Shown: positions 22,020 to 33,784 of the stretch, in pieces
How the letters are laid out: every line of letters begins with the position of its first letter
Position numbering within the stretch: the stretch's first letter is position 1
Assembly (NCBI GenBank): GCA_949358305.1
Contig: OX442314.1
Coordinates: 32,922,001 to 32,986,000 of the forward strand
DNA length: 64,000 nucleotides
Reading direction: 5' to 3'
DNA from: Strigamia acuminata
Taxonomy: Eukaryota
Made by a program: the position numbers and the translations under genes
The notes under the pieces: generated by a model
Database searches by the model: none
The model's input: the letters and a program-made list of their open reading frames with translations, nothing else
What the model was told of the DNA's origin: nothing

Positions 22020-24879
22020 CAAAAACCGATTAAAAACCGCAGTATTACGGTTACTGCTCTCTCTTTCAGTTTATTACACGTATTATTTGATTGAACAGTT
22101 TTTGCAATACAAACTCTACACAACTGTTAATCTCGTCAGGGACAAAAAAATAAATTTTTCAAAAATTATTGAATGTGGAGAGAATGAAAAAATATTAAAC
22201 GCTAAAGTCGATTTGGCTGAAAAAATGAATGCTAATAGCAAAGATTACCAACTCATCGATTTGCTTCATCAATCATCAGAATTCGCTAACAACCCATTGC
22301 AATTATGGAAAGATTCTTCTAATTTCATACACAATGATAATACGAGGAATGATTATCGGGCACTAGATGTAAGCAAATGAATATTCAAAGAAGGTCAATA
22401 TGTATGCATAATATTATTTTTTTTACAGCCTGACATTCGTAAACAACATGCTGTTAATCTATCTACTCTGTCAACAAATTTTGGACTATGCACTGTTTTC
22501 AACAAACGTAGCAAAAATTTGACAATTTATGCCATCTTTCAACCGAGGATGACAGGGACACGTATCCGTGTGATATTTCTTACCGATTCGTTGTTCTGTG
22601 CACTGATTGGATGACAGCAATCAAGTGTCATGCATTTCTTGCTAACTTATGCATGTTTGTTACCTGTTGTTATCCCAGAATACAGTGTAGGTGGCACCAT
22701 CGGTAACAAAACGCACTGAATATGTTGATATGCTTCCGTGTTGTCTTTGGTTCAAGATTGCAGTAATTCCCATCATAAACATGCCAGACGGAATAATTTT
22801 TATTTTTAATTGTTTCTAGCAGAAATGGAGTACAAACCGTATAATAACTTTATCATCGTTTCAAGTAATTTGATCCTAGAAGATCCGATAGACTCCGACA
22901 GAAAGCAGCCAGTGAGATATTTTGAATACTTTAATTAAATAAAATATTTCAATTAATGCTTTCTAGCACTTCATGCTGCAAGAAGATCAATTTTTTCATC
23001 CTAAACATATTGTTTACACACACCCCGGATTTTTTACTAAAAATGATATTACCCGTCAAACGGTAAATTAGTAATTTAATCCGTAAAATTGTTCCTTATT
23101 TGTAAGACACTTGTTCCTTCTAGATTCTTCGAATAAATACTCCAAAAAGGCCATGTGGTGACAACAAAGAAGTTTCAGAATGTGAACAGAAATGTTATGC
23201 GTCGAAACTGAATGTTTCTTGCAAGTAATAACTTACGATCATCTAACTAATTAAGCAAATCACACTATTCTAAAGCACACTGTAAAAACAGTACAGTAGA
23301 GTGTGGATTATCCGAAGTAATCGGGGACATCGGTGCGTCTCCCACCATGGTAACCAGTCCTCAGGCTGCCATGGCAAAGACCATATCCATCACAATTGGA
23401 GGCCCGTCTGGGATGATAAACTTAGAAAATTTTCCCAAGTAATCGGGGACATGGGTGTTCATAAAATCGATTTGTTCGCATAATTGGTGTATATGTATAT
23501 GAAAACAAAAATCGATAAAATCGGCTAAAAACGGAGTAAAATTGACTAAAAACCAAGTAAAATTGACTAAAAACCGAGTAAAATTAACTAAAAACCGAGT
23601 AAAATTGACTAAAAACCGAGTAAAATTGACTAAAGAACGAGTAAAATTGGCCAAAAACCGAGTAAAATTGACTAAAAACCGAGTAAAATTGACTAAAAAT
23701 CTACCAAAAATTGAGTAAAACCAAATGAAAGCAAATAAAAATCGAGTAAGAAATCGATAAAAATCGAGCATCACTATTCGGTTAATCAGGCGTTCGTATG
23801 ACTCACGTTCGCATTATTGACGCTCTACTGTATGTGTTGTAACAACTAATTTGGCAAATCACATTTTTCTAAAGCGTTTAGTTTACCGAATGACAGCAAC
23901 TTCAACCTGTTTTAAATAGAATAATTACTAAAAATAACAAAATTTCAATATTCTGAATATTGCTGTACGTAGTTAGATGCGGGAACTGCTTCCACCACTT
24001 CGATTCACTATTGCATGTAGTACATTCTTAAAGCAAGCAAATCAGACACACTGTTGGGATATTTCATATTCATTATAACGAACCAATAGATTTTAATTCG
24101 GAGAAATTCCGCTCTATTCTAACTGGGCTACAAGCAGCTTTAACTGACATTGATTTTCAATGTGATTGAACAATTTGAACAAATGAATTAAAGTCAAAAT
24201 CTGGAAAACTGTGGAGACTGAAAACGTGTGAAAAAAGTAACAATAGAATCTATTGTATGGGGTTCTCAAAACCCAAAAACAAATACAAGGGTGAAAAACA
24301 ATGGGAGGATTAAATGATTTATAACATCTCGTCCACAAATCCACCCTCAAAAGTGAACTTCTCTCTGCTACTCTGATGTCTGAAATGCAAGTTTTCACAT
24401 TGTGAATATGTCGTAGAATTTATATTTGTTTTGCTAAATAGAATCAGCATTAAATGATGGATCGTTGTTGTCGCCTACAGAGCACTAGATCTAAGCTTAA
24501 ACAGGTATTAATTATTATTTCAATTATTCACAGATTACCATTTATGGAAAATAGCAATTCATCGCTTTGCACTTCGCTAGAAAAAGCTAAAGCAATGCAA
24601 AAAATATACTTGGAAACTCAAATGAAAACAAACCCTCAGAAAGACTGTAACTGCCGAGAACGATGCCAAGAAACCATATTCAATCTAGCGGTGATAGAGA
24701 AAAAAGAAATGCCTTTATATATGAATAACCTCGCTATGTACGTAATACAACAAAACATTAGAGAAGTGATTGAAGAACTGCGAGAAATTTCGATCGCAAA
24801 ATTGTTTTCAAATTTTGGATCTGTCATTGGTATTCTCACTGGTCTCTCGACATTCTCCGTTATTGATCGCTTCATTTGA
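22012..24879 (+). CDS. DEG/ENaC channel unit 2, multi-exon, with no start codon of its own before TM1
   Basis: TM1 AVLRLLLSLSVYYTYYLIEQFLQY; TNFGLCTVFN (about 22449-22560); PCGDNKEVSECEQKCYASKLNVSC (about 23124-23225) splices to LPFM...CNCRERC; TM2 KLFSNFGSVIGILTGLSTFSVID. Confidence 0.8.
23294..23830. mobile_element. TA-flanked non-autonomous DNA element (Tc1/mariner-pogo type) carrying a 21-bp minisatellite
   Basis: TA|CAGTAGAG...CTCTACTG|TA; internal AAAAACCGAGTAAAATTGACT tandem array at about 23525-23720. Confidence 0.75.
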
Positions 24880-25039
24880 TTAAAATATCAGCACCGACAT
24901 GATTACTGTAAAAACGTATTATTAGTGCTTAAATTAATTAAATTATAATATATTGGTGTAAAACATTTAAGCTTTTAAAGAACAAGCGGTTGTAAGTTAA
25001 GATCTTTGTCAATTTAAAATTATGTCACATCCGACATTT

Positions 25040-25315
25040 TGAAAATAATTCAATATTGTCATTTTTAAAATTAATGCAATTTTAACATTTTATAATTAAT
25101 GCAATTTTCACATTTAAAAATTGAAGTAATTTTGAACCATTTTATAATTAATGCAAGTTTGACATTTTAAAATTAATGCAATTTTCACATTTTAAAATTA
25201 ATGCAATTTTCACATTTTATAATTAATGCAAGTTTGTCATTTTAAAATTAATGCACGTTTGACATTTTGAAAATAATTCAATTTTATCATTTTAAAATTA
25301 ATGCAAGTTTGACAC
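25040..25315. repeat. 25-bp minisatellite, same family as 15713-15870
   Basis: AATGCAA(T/G)TTT(G/C)ACATTTT(A)AAATT units. Confidence 0.8.
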
Positions 25316-25373
25316 TGCGCTTATTTTTGCTTATGTAAAACTTATAACCGTGTGACGGAATATTGGATCTGTT

Positions 25374-25575
25374 ATTGGACCTAAATTTGAAATTTTGGAC
25401 CTAAATTTGAAATTTTGGACCTAAATTTAAAATTTTGGACCTAAATTTGAAATTTTGGACCTAAATTTGAAATTTTGGACCTAAATTTGAAATTTTGGAC
25501 CTAAATTTCAATTTTTGGGCTTAAATTTCAATTTTTAAACTTAAATTTCAATTTTTGGGCCTAAATTTGAATTTT
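25374..25575. repeat. 20-bp tandem repeat (TTGGACCTAAATTTGAAATT)
   Basis: About 7 near-perfect copies followed by about 3 degenerate ones. Confidence 0.9.
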
Positions 25576-26985
25576 TAATCACAAAAAATAAATTTTTGGA
25601 TCGGCCAATGGCTCACGTCGTTTAGTCAAAACATAATCGCCTACAAAATCATAATTTTCATGTCAAGAAGTTTAACTTCTACCGTGTTTAAGCTCTCTTT
25701 CCTTCCTTCCTTCATTTATTTATTCTCTAAAAGTGATAAATTAAGTTAATAGACCTACCGTCTTAACTTATAAACGATCAAAACTTTGCCATCCACTTTG
25801 TAACTCCTTCTCAGCCCACATGCTATTTCCACCCCAGATGGGATGGAAATAGCCAGTCCGTTCTTTTTAATTGTAGAAATTGTCCAAATTTATTAAAATA
25901 TATTATTCAGGGTAATAACCTGGCGTAGAATTCGATTTTTAGGCCCTCAGAATGATCAGGAGTCGTTTTCTCGGTGTTTTGAACAACGTGAGATCGTTTC
26001 TTTTCACGTTGTGCCATCTCTGGGTCGCGATCGCCTGTTGGGAAAGAAAGTTCAAATTTGTGTTATATTAGGAATTGAAATTACTTATGGTTTGGGATTA
26101 TTTAGTGCTCTCTTTCCGTTTCCAACACTGCTGATTCGATTTGACCTCACCTAAGGTATTCTCGAAGCCCATTTCTCCCTGATTTGGCTGTTATCGCAAT
26201 TCATGTCCGCCATTTACACTGTTGAGGGTGTTGCCCATTGTCATTGGCCAGAAATATAAATTCTAACTCAATTTTTATGTTATGAAATTCGTTGTATTAT
26301 TGAACTAAAATTATTAAACGATTTTTTAGGTATAAATAAAAGTATTTGTCAATGGTTTTCTCGCTATTGCGATGATAACGCATTGCTGATTGTTCTCACT
26401 CTGGATTGGCTGAGCCTAACTTGCAGAAAATAAAATATTTCACCAAAACCTTTATGGTGTGTTTTCCCAACATTGCTTATTATGTAATCTGTCTTTTTAT
26501 ATGACCCTGACCGCTACGTCACCGCCCCCTTTCTTAATAAATTCGCTTTATGTTAATTCCAACTAACATGATGGCTGTATCATTTCAGAAACACAATATT
26601 GGCTAAGAGGATATACAAAAACAAATCCCATACGAACCTTGCGTATCCAAATGTTTGTTTAATTTGTTTTTTGGCAACTTTTTGGCAACAATGCTAGATG
26701 ATCACCAAAGCTGGATATTAGTGTGACATTTTTTTCCAACTTGATTTTTTTTTTATCATTTTAAGCCTAAATTTTGCCTCGTCGCCAAATGTATTGTTCT
26801 CACATTGTTGATGATGAGGTGATGTGTTTGATACATGAATTGAGTTATAACTGAGAATTTATTCTTTTGTTCAATTGTAGATATGGTTCATAGGTGTCAC
26901 TACAATATGATGAAAGCTCCAATTGTTATCAAGTTATTACATTACTGCAAAATTATTCCGTGTTCCTACATTATCCAACCGACCG

Positions 26986-27108
26986 ACGTGACCACAAATT
27001 CTGTATATATGAGCGGCTGTGCATTTAGTGGAACAGCAAGTTTAAAATGGAATCAGCTAACAGGGATCAAGCACGAAAAATTCTTCAACTCAGTGCTAAT
27101 TTGTACTC
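26986..27108 (+). pseudogene. Promoter plus first ~20 codons of another BTB-family copy (5' fragment)
   Basis: Matches the 29426-29545 region; ATG at 27047 reads MESANRDQARKILQLSANLY, then homology stops. Confidence 0.8.
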
Positions 27109-28033
27109 ACAAGATTGAAAACGGGCCTAACGGTCAAGACGTGGTCACAAACGCGTGGTCAGCGGCGAAAAGTTTGTACGGTAAAATTAGCATAAGTGAT
27201 TTATTTACGAAAATACAATAGGTGGCGCTTTAACAGGAAGCGCGTCATTGATTAACATATTTCAAAGATGGGGTCGAAACACCCCACTGACCATTAAGCC
27301 AGCGCCCCCTATCTTAATAAATTCGCTTTATGTTAATTCCAAATAACAAGATGGCTGTATCATAGTTGATAATTTCGTTCATTCACACAATTTACAAGAA
27401 GTTCCAGAAACACAATATCTTTTCATTCATTTTTTGCTTTTCGTCGATAATTGGAGTGTTTTAACAGAACCCTACATACTACTGGACTTCGAACTGCAAA
27501 TTGGGCCTAGTTTGTGAGAGCAGGCGGCATTGTTGAGAGGAAGTGACCCACTGGTGCTCCTAAAAAAAAAGTTTTAACACAAATTTAAAATACTTTTTAC
27601 AACTTTAACAAATCACCATGCATTGGAGCAGAAAGTGCACGGATTGAGGCAAGAAAATACGCAAAAATGGTGAGTAAATTCAAGGTTTTTCAACGAGATT
27701 TTGTCACTTCGGAAACCTCCATGTAGCAGAAGTAAATAAACTGCATGCAATGTCTACTAATTTGGCATCAAAGTTTCTGCTGTTTCTAAGTTTGTATAAA
27801 CTGGATGAACACCAAAACAGCCATAAACTATTATCTAAACAGAAGAGCTGTTATTGAAATGGTTCGTGTGGAGTTTCGGTGTTTTTTTTTATTCTTTTAC
27901 AATTCGGATATAACTTAGTTGCATTTTGCTTTCACACTGCATAGATGCAGAGAAATCAACAAATAGAGAATTATTGAAGCTCCAAGTACATCATTTAAAA
28001 CTCTGCTGTAAAATATGTACCGTCAAGTCATTT

Positions 28034-28869
28034 CACCGCAAAAAAAGTGAGATTTCCGGTTTGGAAAATGTATGGAAAATGTTATGGAAAGACCTACTTT
28101 CCATGAGTGGAAATGTTACACATCATATTTCCACATGGAAAGACATCTTTTCCATACCATCTTTCCATAAGATTTCCATATCTGTTTGATTTCATATTTC
28201 CATTACATTTCCATATTGCTAGATTTCGTATTTCCATTACATTTCCATATTGCTAGATTTCATATTTCCATTACATTTCCATATTGCTAGATTTCATATT
28301 TCCATTACATTTCCATATTGCTAGATTTCATATTTCCATTAAATTTCCATAGGTAACATAACATTTCCAAAGTAAATCAATCCAAAGTGTAAAACCAAAA
28401 AATATAAAAACCAAACATTTTGACCCAAAATGATCAAATTGCAACAACAGCAGTCGAATCCAAATTTCGCACTAAACTTCCTATTTTTTCTTGACCGAAT
28501 CGAAAGAAACAACATACAGCCAAGTGCAGATTTTGATTTGCAATCAAATCAGCTTGGTTTCAGAATTTTTTGACTTCATTACGACATAGAAAACATCAAA
28601 AAACGAATCTCGACAAACATTTTTTTTTTATAAACTGGAATTATAATGAAAATACATCTATCCAACCCGACATTCTGTAAATACATATCCGTAATGGAAA
28701 TTTTGTGGAAATACATCTTTCCATAGCATATTTAATTTACAGTATTGGAAATATGATGGAAAAATAACTTTCCATACATGAACTTTTCATACAACAATGT
28801 GGAAAGATGACCTTTACACACTATATTTCGTCATGACTTTCCACATGGAAATCTCTTTTTTTTGCAGTG
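28034..28869. mobile_element. CACTA/CMC-like non-autonomous element with an internal 34-bp tandem repeat
   Basis: CACCGCAAAAAAAGTGAGATTTCC...GGAAATCTCTTTTTTTTGCAGTG inverted termini; TTT on both sides; about 4 copies of GATTTCATATTTCCATTACATTTCCATATTGCTA at about 28188-28350. Confidence 0.7.
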
Positions 28870-29046
28870 TTTATAAACAAATTTCAGTTTTCTGTCTGCA
28901 GTTTTTATCTTCTTTTTTCCCCTTCAATTTGTAAGCTCTTTCTTGGACAGACCGGGAAGCTATGGTACACAACATTTCTCCATTATTTTTCTTGAAGATT
29001 CGTACACATCTCCAATTTTGCTCATCAATGTCAAAATGGTTTTTAG

Positions 29047-29222
29047 GACGAAGGATAGAAAGGATTTATTCACCGATGAAGGGAAACTAAAAAAATACCC
29101 TAAAATCCAAAGTTACGGACTAGTACAGCTGTTGACGAGGAAATTTAGATGGAATGTTGATGAAGCGCAGCAATTTGAGGATTTTTTACTGTCAATGTTG
29201 GCGATTAATCCGAATGACCGCT
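29047..29222 (+). pseudogene. Orphan fragment of an SR-protein kinase (SRPK) C-terminal lobe
   Basis: LFTDEGKLKKYPKIQSYGLVQLLTRKFRWNVDEAQQFEDFLLSMLAINPNDR resembles SRPK FF..KG.L..I..L.PW.L..VL..KY.W...EA..F.DFLLPML...P.KR; TTTTAG acceptor at its start; no other kinase exons seen. Confidence 0.7.
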
Positions 29223-29486
29223 CCTTTTTATGGCCTTTTATCGAAGGGCGCCACTGCCATGAGCGTAGACTAAGTGGCCTACCAATTTGTATTAATAAAA
29301 TAAAACCAACGAAGAAATGTTTCTGTAACACAACAATATCTGGTAATCCGCCAAATTTTTATTTATCCATCACCAGAGGGAGTTGTTGAAATCTGACCAA
29401 TCCAGAAAACGCGTGCGCATGACAGACGTGACCACAAATACTGTATACATAAGCGGCAGTGTATTTGATAGACCAGCAAGTTTAAA

Positions 29487-31109
29487 ATGGAATCAGCTAA
29501 CACGAATCAAGTCCGAAGATGTCGCCAACTCAGTGCTAATTTGTACAATTCGCGAGAGGAAGGAAAACCGGACACGGTTGTGCTACGGTGCAACGATGAC
29601 CAACGTGTACTTGCCGATAAACGGATATTGGTCGCTGGAAGTGATTATTTCCGTGCAATGTTCAACCACGGCAACATGGAGGACAAAACCAACATTGCAA
29701 CATTCCCGGACACATCTTCCGATGTCATGGAAATAATCATCAAATTCTTATACGCGCAAGATATTCCTGTCCGTGCCCAAATATCTGACACTCTAATGGG
29801 AGAAATACTCATCGCCGCTAACAAGATGCAGTTGAACGAACTATTTGACAACTACTGGACCGAGTATAAGAATTCGATTACTGTAAACAACTTTTTAGAC
29901 ATTTGGCGGCTGGCGGAACTGTTCAACGAAGACGAAACGGTCCAAAACGTCCGACTGTTTGTTTCGCACCACACGCGACTGATCTCCGACACCGATCGAC
30001 TAGGTGCTATCACAACCAACCAAATGACAAGCCTAGATAAAATACTGAAAGTGAAAAATGCAGCTGAGTTGATTGTTTTTTACTTAAATTGGTGGAAACT
30101 AAAGTCATCCGCAATGGAAAGCAGCACCGAAGACCTTTTGGAATTTATATCGAAATGCCCTATAAAGGATTTGTCAGACCAGTCGCTTCGCACACTCTTA
30201 TTATCAGATGCCGTTAACAACTCAGCAGAAGTTTACATCGCTGTAAGTAAAGTCGCCGCTTCCAGGTGGTTAACTACAACATCGCAGCAAGTTGAAATAA
30301 GTGTCTTCGAAATTACAAGCGGAAAGTGCACTCGTAAAATTTCCCATTTAAGGCACGAAGAATGGGAATGTAAGGAGGAATGGATTAACGACATCAGTAC
30401 GGCGACAGTTCGGCATCCGGCGTTGTCGAGAACGAAAGAGATGTTTTACTTCAACCATATGCCAAATCGATTGGGACTTCGAGCAGTTGAAGCGTCTACG
30501 GGTGATACTTTCGACAAATCCGAAGACTTTGCTGTGGATAATGTGTCATGTGAAACGACGAATAGTTCCGAAATCTATTTTAGAAAATCAAGTCTTAGTT
30601 ATTCGTGCTTTTCTATAAACTCAAAGCAATGGTCCGTAGACATCGATTTCGATAACGACATTTCGGATTTCAAATCTTTGCTTTTAGCAACTGGGGATGA
30701 GAGTGATGTTGAAGTGTATTATTTCGATGTGGACGATTTGCACATAAAGGTTCTTAACTTGGGTTTGGGGACTTGTGTAACGAAGGAGAAATTACCGGGC
30801 AATTGGCAAAACGTCATGTGTAAAAGTCGAGTCCAAAAGTCTTCTGAAACGTTGATTTTTGTTCAAAAATTCCCAAATCGCAGTTTGCTAATTTACGACA
30901 TCGAAAGTGATTGCTGGAGTGTTGTTTCGTCGCCGAATATTGACGGTGAAGTGTTGTTGTATGTTTGTTACGACGAAGACTGCCTCATATTTACAAAAAC
31001 AGACGTGGCGTACAATGTGTATTCGTTAAACACGATGTCCAAAGTGAACGAATACAAGACGCCAACTAATTTTGATGGGTGCATCCATTTTGACGTCACT
31101 GTTGTTTAA
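29487..31109 (+). CDS. BTB-BACK protein with divergent C-terminal beta-rich (Kelch-like) domain, type A copy 1, intronless
   Basis: VVLRC...VLADKRILVAGSDYFRAMF...ME, MEIIIKFLY, ILIAANKMQL, ITVNNFLDIWRLAE (BTB plus BACK start). Confidence 0.88.
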   Translation: MESANTNQVRRCRQLSANLYNSREEGKPDTVVLRCNDDQRVLADKRILVAGSDYFRAMFNHGNMEDKTNIATFPDTSSDVMEIIIKFLYAQDIPVRAQISDTLMGEILIAANKMQLNELFDNYWTEYKNSITVNNFLDIWRLAELFNEDETVQNVRLFVSHHTRLISDTDRLGAITTNQMTSLDKILKVKNAAELIVFYLNWWKLKSSAMESSTEDLLEFISKCPIKDLSDQSLRTLLLSDAVNNSAEVYIAVSKVAASRWLTTTSQQVEISVFEITSGKCTRKISHLRHEEWECKEEWINDISTATVRHPALSRTKEMFYFNHMPNRLGLRAVEASTGDTFDKSEDFAVDNVSCETTNSSEIYFRKSSLSYSCFSINSKQWSVDIDFDNDISDFKSLLLATGDESDVEVYYFDVDDLHIKVLNLGLGTCVTKEKLPGNWQNVMCKSRVQKSSETLIFVQKFPNRSLLIYDIESDCWSVVSSPNIDGEVLLYVCYDEDCLIFTKTDVAYNVYSLNTMSKVNEYKTPTNFDGCIHFDVTVV

Positions 31110-31942
31110 GAAAAATCATTAATTTCATCTCATTTTTGCAGTTTGCAATTTTATAACTTGAATAAAAATAAACAATTTAAAAAACTACATTTTAAATAAT
31201 CTGTAACTTGTAACACTTAATTCTATGATGCCCAGATGTTAGATACATAATACAAAAATGTTCCAAATTTTCATATTGTAAAATTCTGATTCTGTCTCTA
31301 AATTTTGATCTCAACCTAAAAACTCTCAAGTCGCGTAAAAATCACATTCTATAAAGCAGCCCTTTGGGCTTTCCTGCAGCACAGCGACATAAGTATTTCT
31401 TGTAAAATTTTACTAGCATTTTAGTGATGTTCGCATGGAAATATAAAATTTTAAGACCTCAAAATGAAGAAATGCCACTTATCTGTACCTTATTAAATTC
31501 CATGAAATAAAAATATTCATTCTGTGCAGATTATTGACGAATTCCAGTCGGCATTCAGCCTATTATTAGATCCTAATAAATAACGCTAACAATACACCGC
31601 ACAAAATAATTCATTTCAACAAATTAATGATATTTAATATGAACATTAAATAGTACTGGTATTGGAATTTGATATCCACGTCCATATATTAGTTTGAAAA
31701 AAAAATTTAGGGCAAAACACTAAACCGCATAATCAAATAATTATTATTGTTAATTATTTTTACATTTTCAAAAAATAATCTTAATTAAAAAAAAGTACAA
31801 ATTCCATCGTGCCGATCTTCGACGACTGCTGTTCGTTTTAGCGTATAACGGCATGTAGACGTGATCAAACATCGTGTATATACTAGTATATGCAAGCATT
31901 GTATTTCCTGGACCAACAACAGTCATTTCCACTAACCTCAAA

Positions 31943-33091
31943 ATGGCGTCGAATAATGTAGATCAAACACAAAAAAATCTTGAACTTCTGACTAGTTTGT
32001 ACAATTCGCGAGATGAAAGACGAGTGGGCATGGTTGTGATAAAGTGCAACGACGGTGGACGTGTGCTTGCCGATAAATGTCAATTGGTCGCCAAAAGTGA
32101 TTATTTTGATGCAATGTTCCGCTACGACAACCTCGAGAACGAAACGAACGAGGCATCATTCCCGGTCGTATCTTCCGAAGTCATGGAAATCATCATCATT
32201 TTCGAACATCCCGAGGAAGTTGCTATCAGAGAATAACATTGGCGAAAAAAGTTTACCCGTTACCCGCCCGTTACCCGTCACCGAAACAATTTCGTACCCG
32301 TACCCGCCCGTACCCGGGCTATCCCAGAATCCCCCTACCCTACCCTACCCGTACCCGCGATTACGTGGCCAGCAGGACAAAAAACGTACAAAAAACGAAC
32401 AAAAAACGTACCCGTACCCGACCCGTAACCGGGAGTCGCGGGAGATCTATAACCGTACCCGCCCGTACCCTACGGGTACGGGCGGGTACGGTTACGGGTA
32501 CGGGTACGGGTACCCGATGTTATTCAATCTTGTGAAACCGGCGATTGTGTGGAAATCTATTTTAGACGAACAAATTCCACTTATTTGCGTTTTAATTTCG
32601 ACTTTCAATGGGGTATCGTTGATTTTCGTGACTACATCTCGAATTGCAAATCTTTGCTTTTTGTAACTTTGGTAGATCACGAATGGAAGTATTATTTCGA
32701 TGTGGACAAGACGCGCATAAAGATTGTTAACTTGGCTTCGGGAACCTGTGAGACAAAAGAAAAATTACCGGGCAATTGGCAAAGCGTCACGTGTAAAAAT
32801 CGCGTTGAATGTTGTTCTCAAAGGTTGATTTTTGTTCAACAAATCCCAAATCGGTGTCTGTTAATTTACGACATCGAAAGTGACTGCTGGAGTGTTGTTT
32901 CGTCGCAGAATATCGATGGTGATGTGTTTTTGTATGTCCCGTACGACTACGACTGCTTGATATTCACAAAAACAGACGTGGCGTACAATGTGTATTCGTT
33001 AAACACGATGACCAAAGTGAATGAATACAAGACGCCAACAAATTTTAATGGGTGCATCCATTTTGACGTTAGTGTTGTTGAACAGGACTGA
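31943..33091 (+). pseudogene. BTB family type B copy 1, with a ~0.8-kb internal deletion and a MITE insertion
   Basis: MASNNVDQ...EIII jumps directly to FEHPEEVA (matching VERPEEVA at about 38070 of the intact copy); homology resumes at about 32530. Confidence 0.85.
32228..32530. mobile_element. Short inverted-repeat element rich in TACCCG motifs
   Basis: GAATAACATTGG...CCGATGTTATTC termini; many (G)TACCCG/CGGGTAC subrepeats; absent from the paralog at about 38095-38103. Confidence 0.7.
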
Positions 33092-33784
33092 TTTTGGCTT
33101 ATTTTTGTTTGTGATGGACTCACATTCAAGTTTCGTGAGTGATAGTGTGTTTGTGTGTACTGTACATAATAAAATAAATAAATAAAATAATAAAATAGTA
33201 ATAATAATTCCATTATCTTATACTCCTTAATGACGTGAATTTTGAATTTTTCTTTCAACTTCACCAAGAGTTTATTCCCTGTACGTCAAATCGTATGAGT
33301 AATCACCATGCGTTGACGTTGACGGATACCATGCATGCATTGGAGCAAAAACTGCAGAAATTGCACGGAATGAGGTAAGAAAATACGCAAAAATGGTGAG
33401 TAAATTCTAGATTTTAAAACGAGATTTTGTCACTTCGGAAACCTCCATGTAGCAGAAGTAAATAAACTGCAATTTGCACTGTAGGAAATCAAACATATCG
33501 TGAGATGATAACACGTCGACGTTGTTGTTTTAAGTTTGTGTCACCTTTGATCCAATATGCAAATCACGAATAAGAATCTCCACCACCAGAGGGAGTTGTT
33601 GAAATCTGGCCGACCCAGAACGCGTGCACATCACTTCCGGTTTACCGTTAACGCGTGCAGTTCGTGCAATAAAGTACGAACAAAATACCCCAGTATTCCT
33701 TCCAATCGTTTTCCAGCCAACAGACGTGACCACATATCCTGTAAATATAAGCGGCAGTGTATTTGATGGACCAGCAAGGTTAAA

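Noticed and set aside
23361..23774. 137-aa ORF with FLVNFTR repeats
   Set aside because: Translation of the 21-bp minisatellite inside a TA-flanked non-autonomous element.
28188..28350. 34-bp repeats that could suggest a CRISPR array
   Set aside because: Head-to-tail copies without unique spacers, no cas genes, eukaryotic context; lies inside a TIR element.
32055..32666. 203-aa Pro/Tyr/Gly-rich ORF resembling a cuticle-type protein
   Set aside because: Off-frame read through a BTB pseudogene and the TACCCG-rich insertion.
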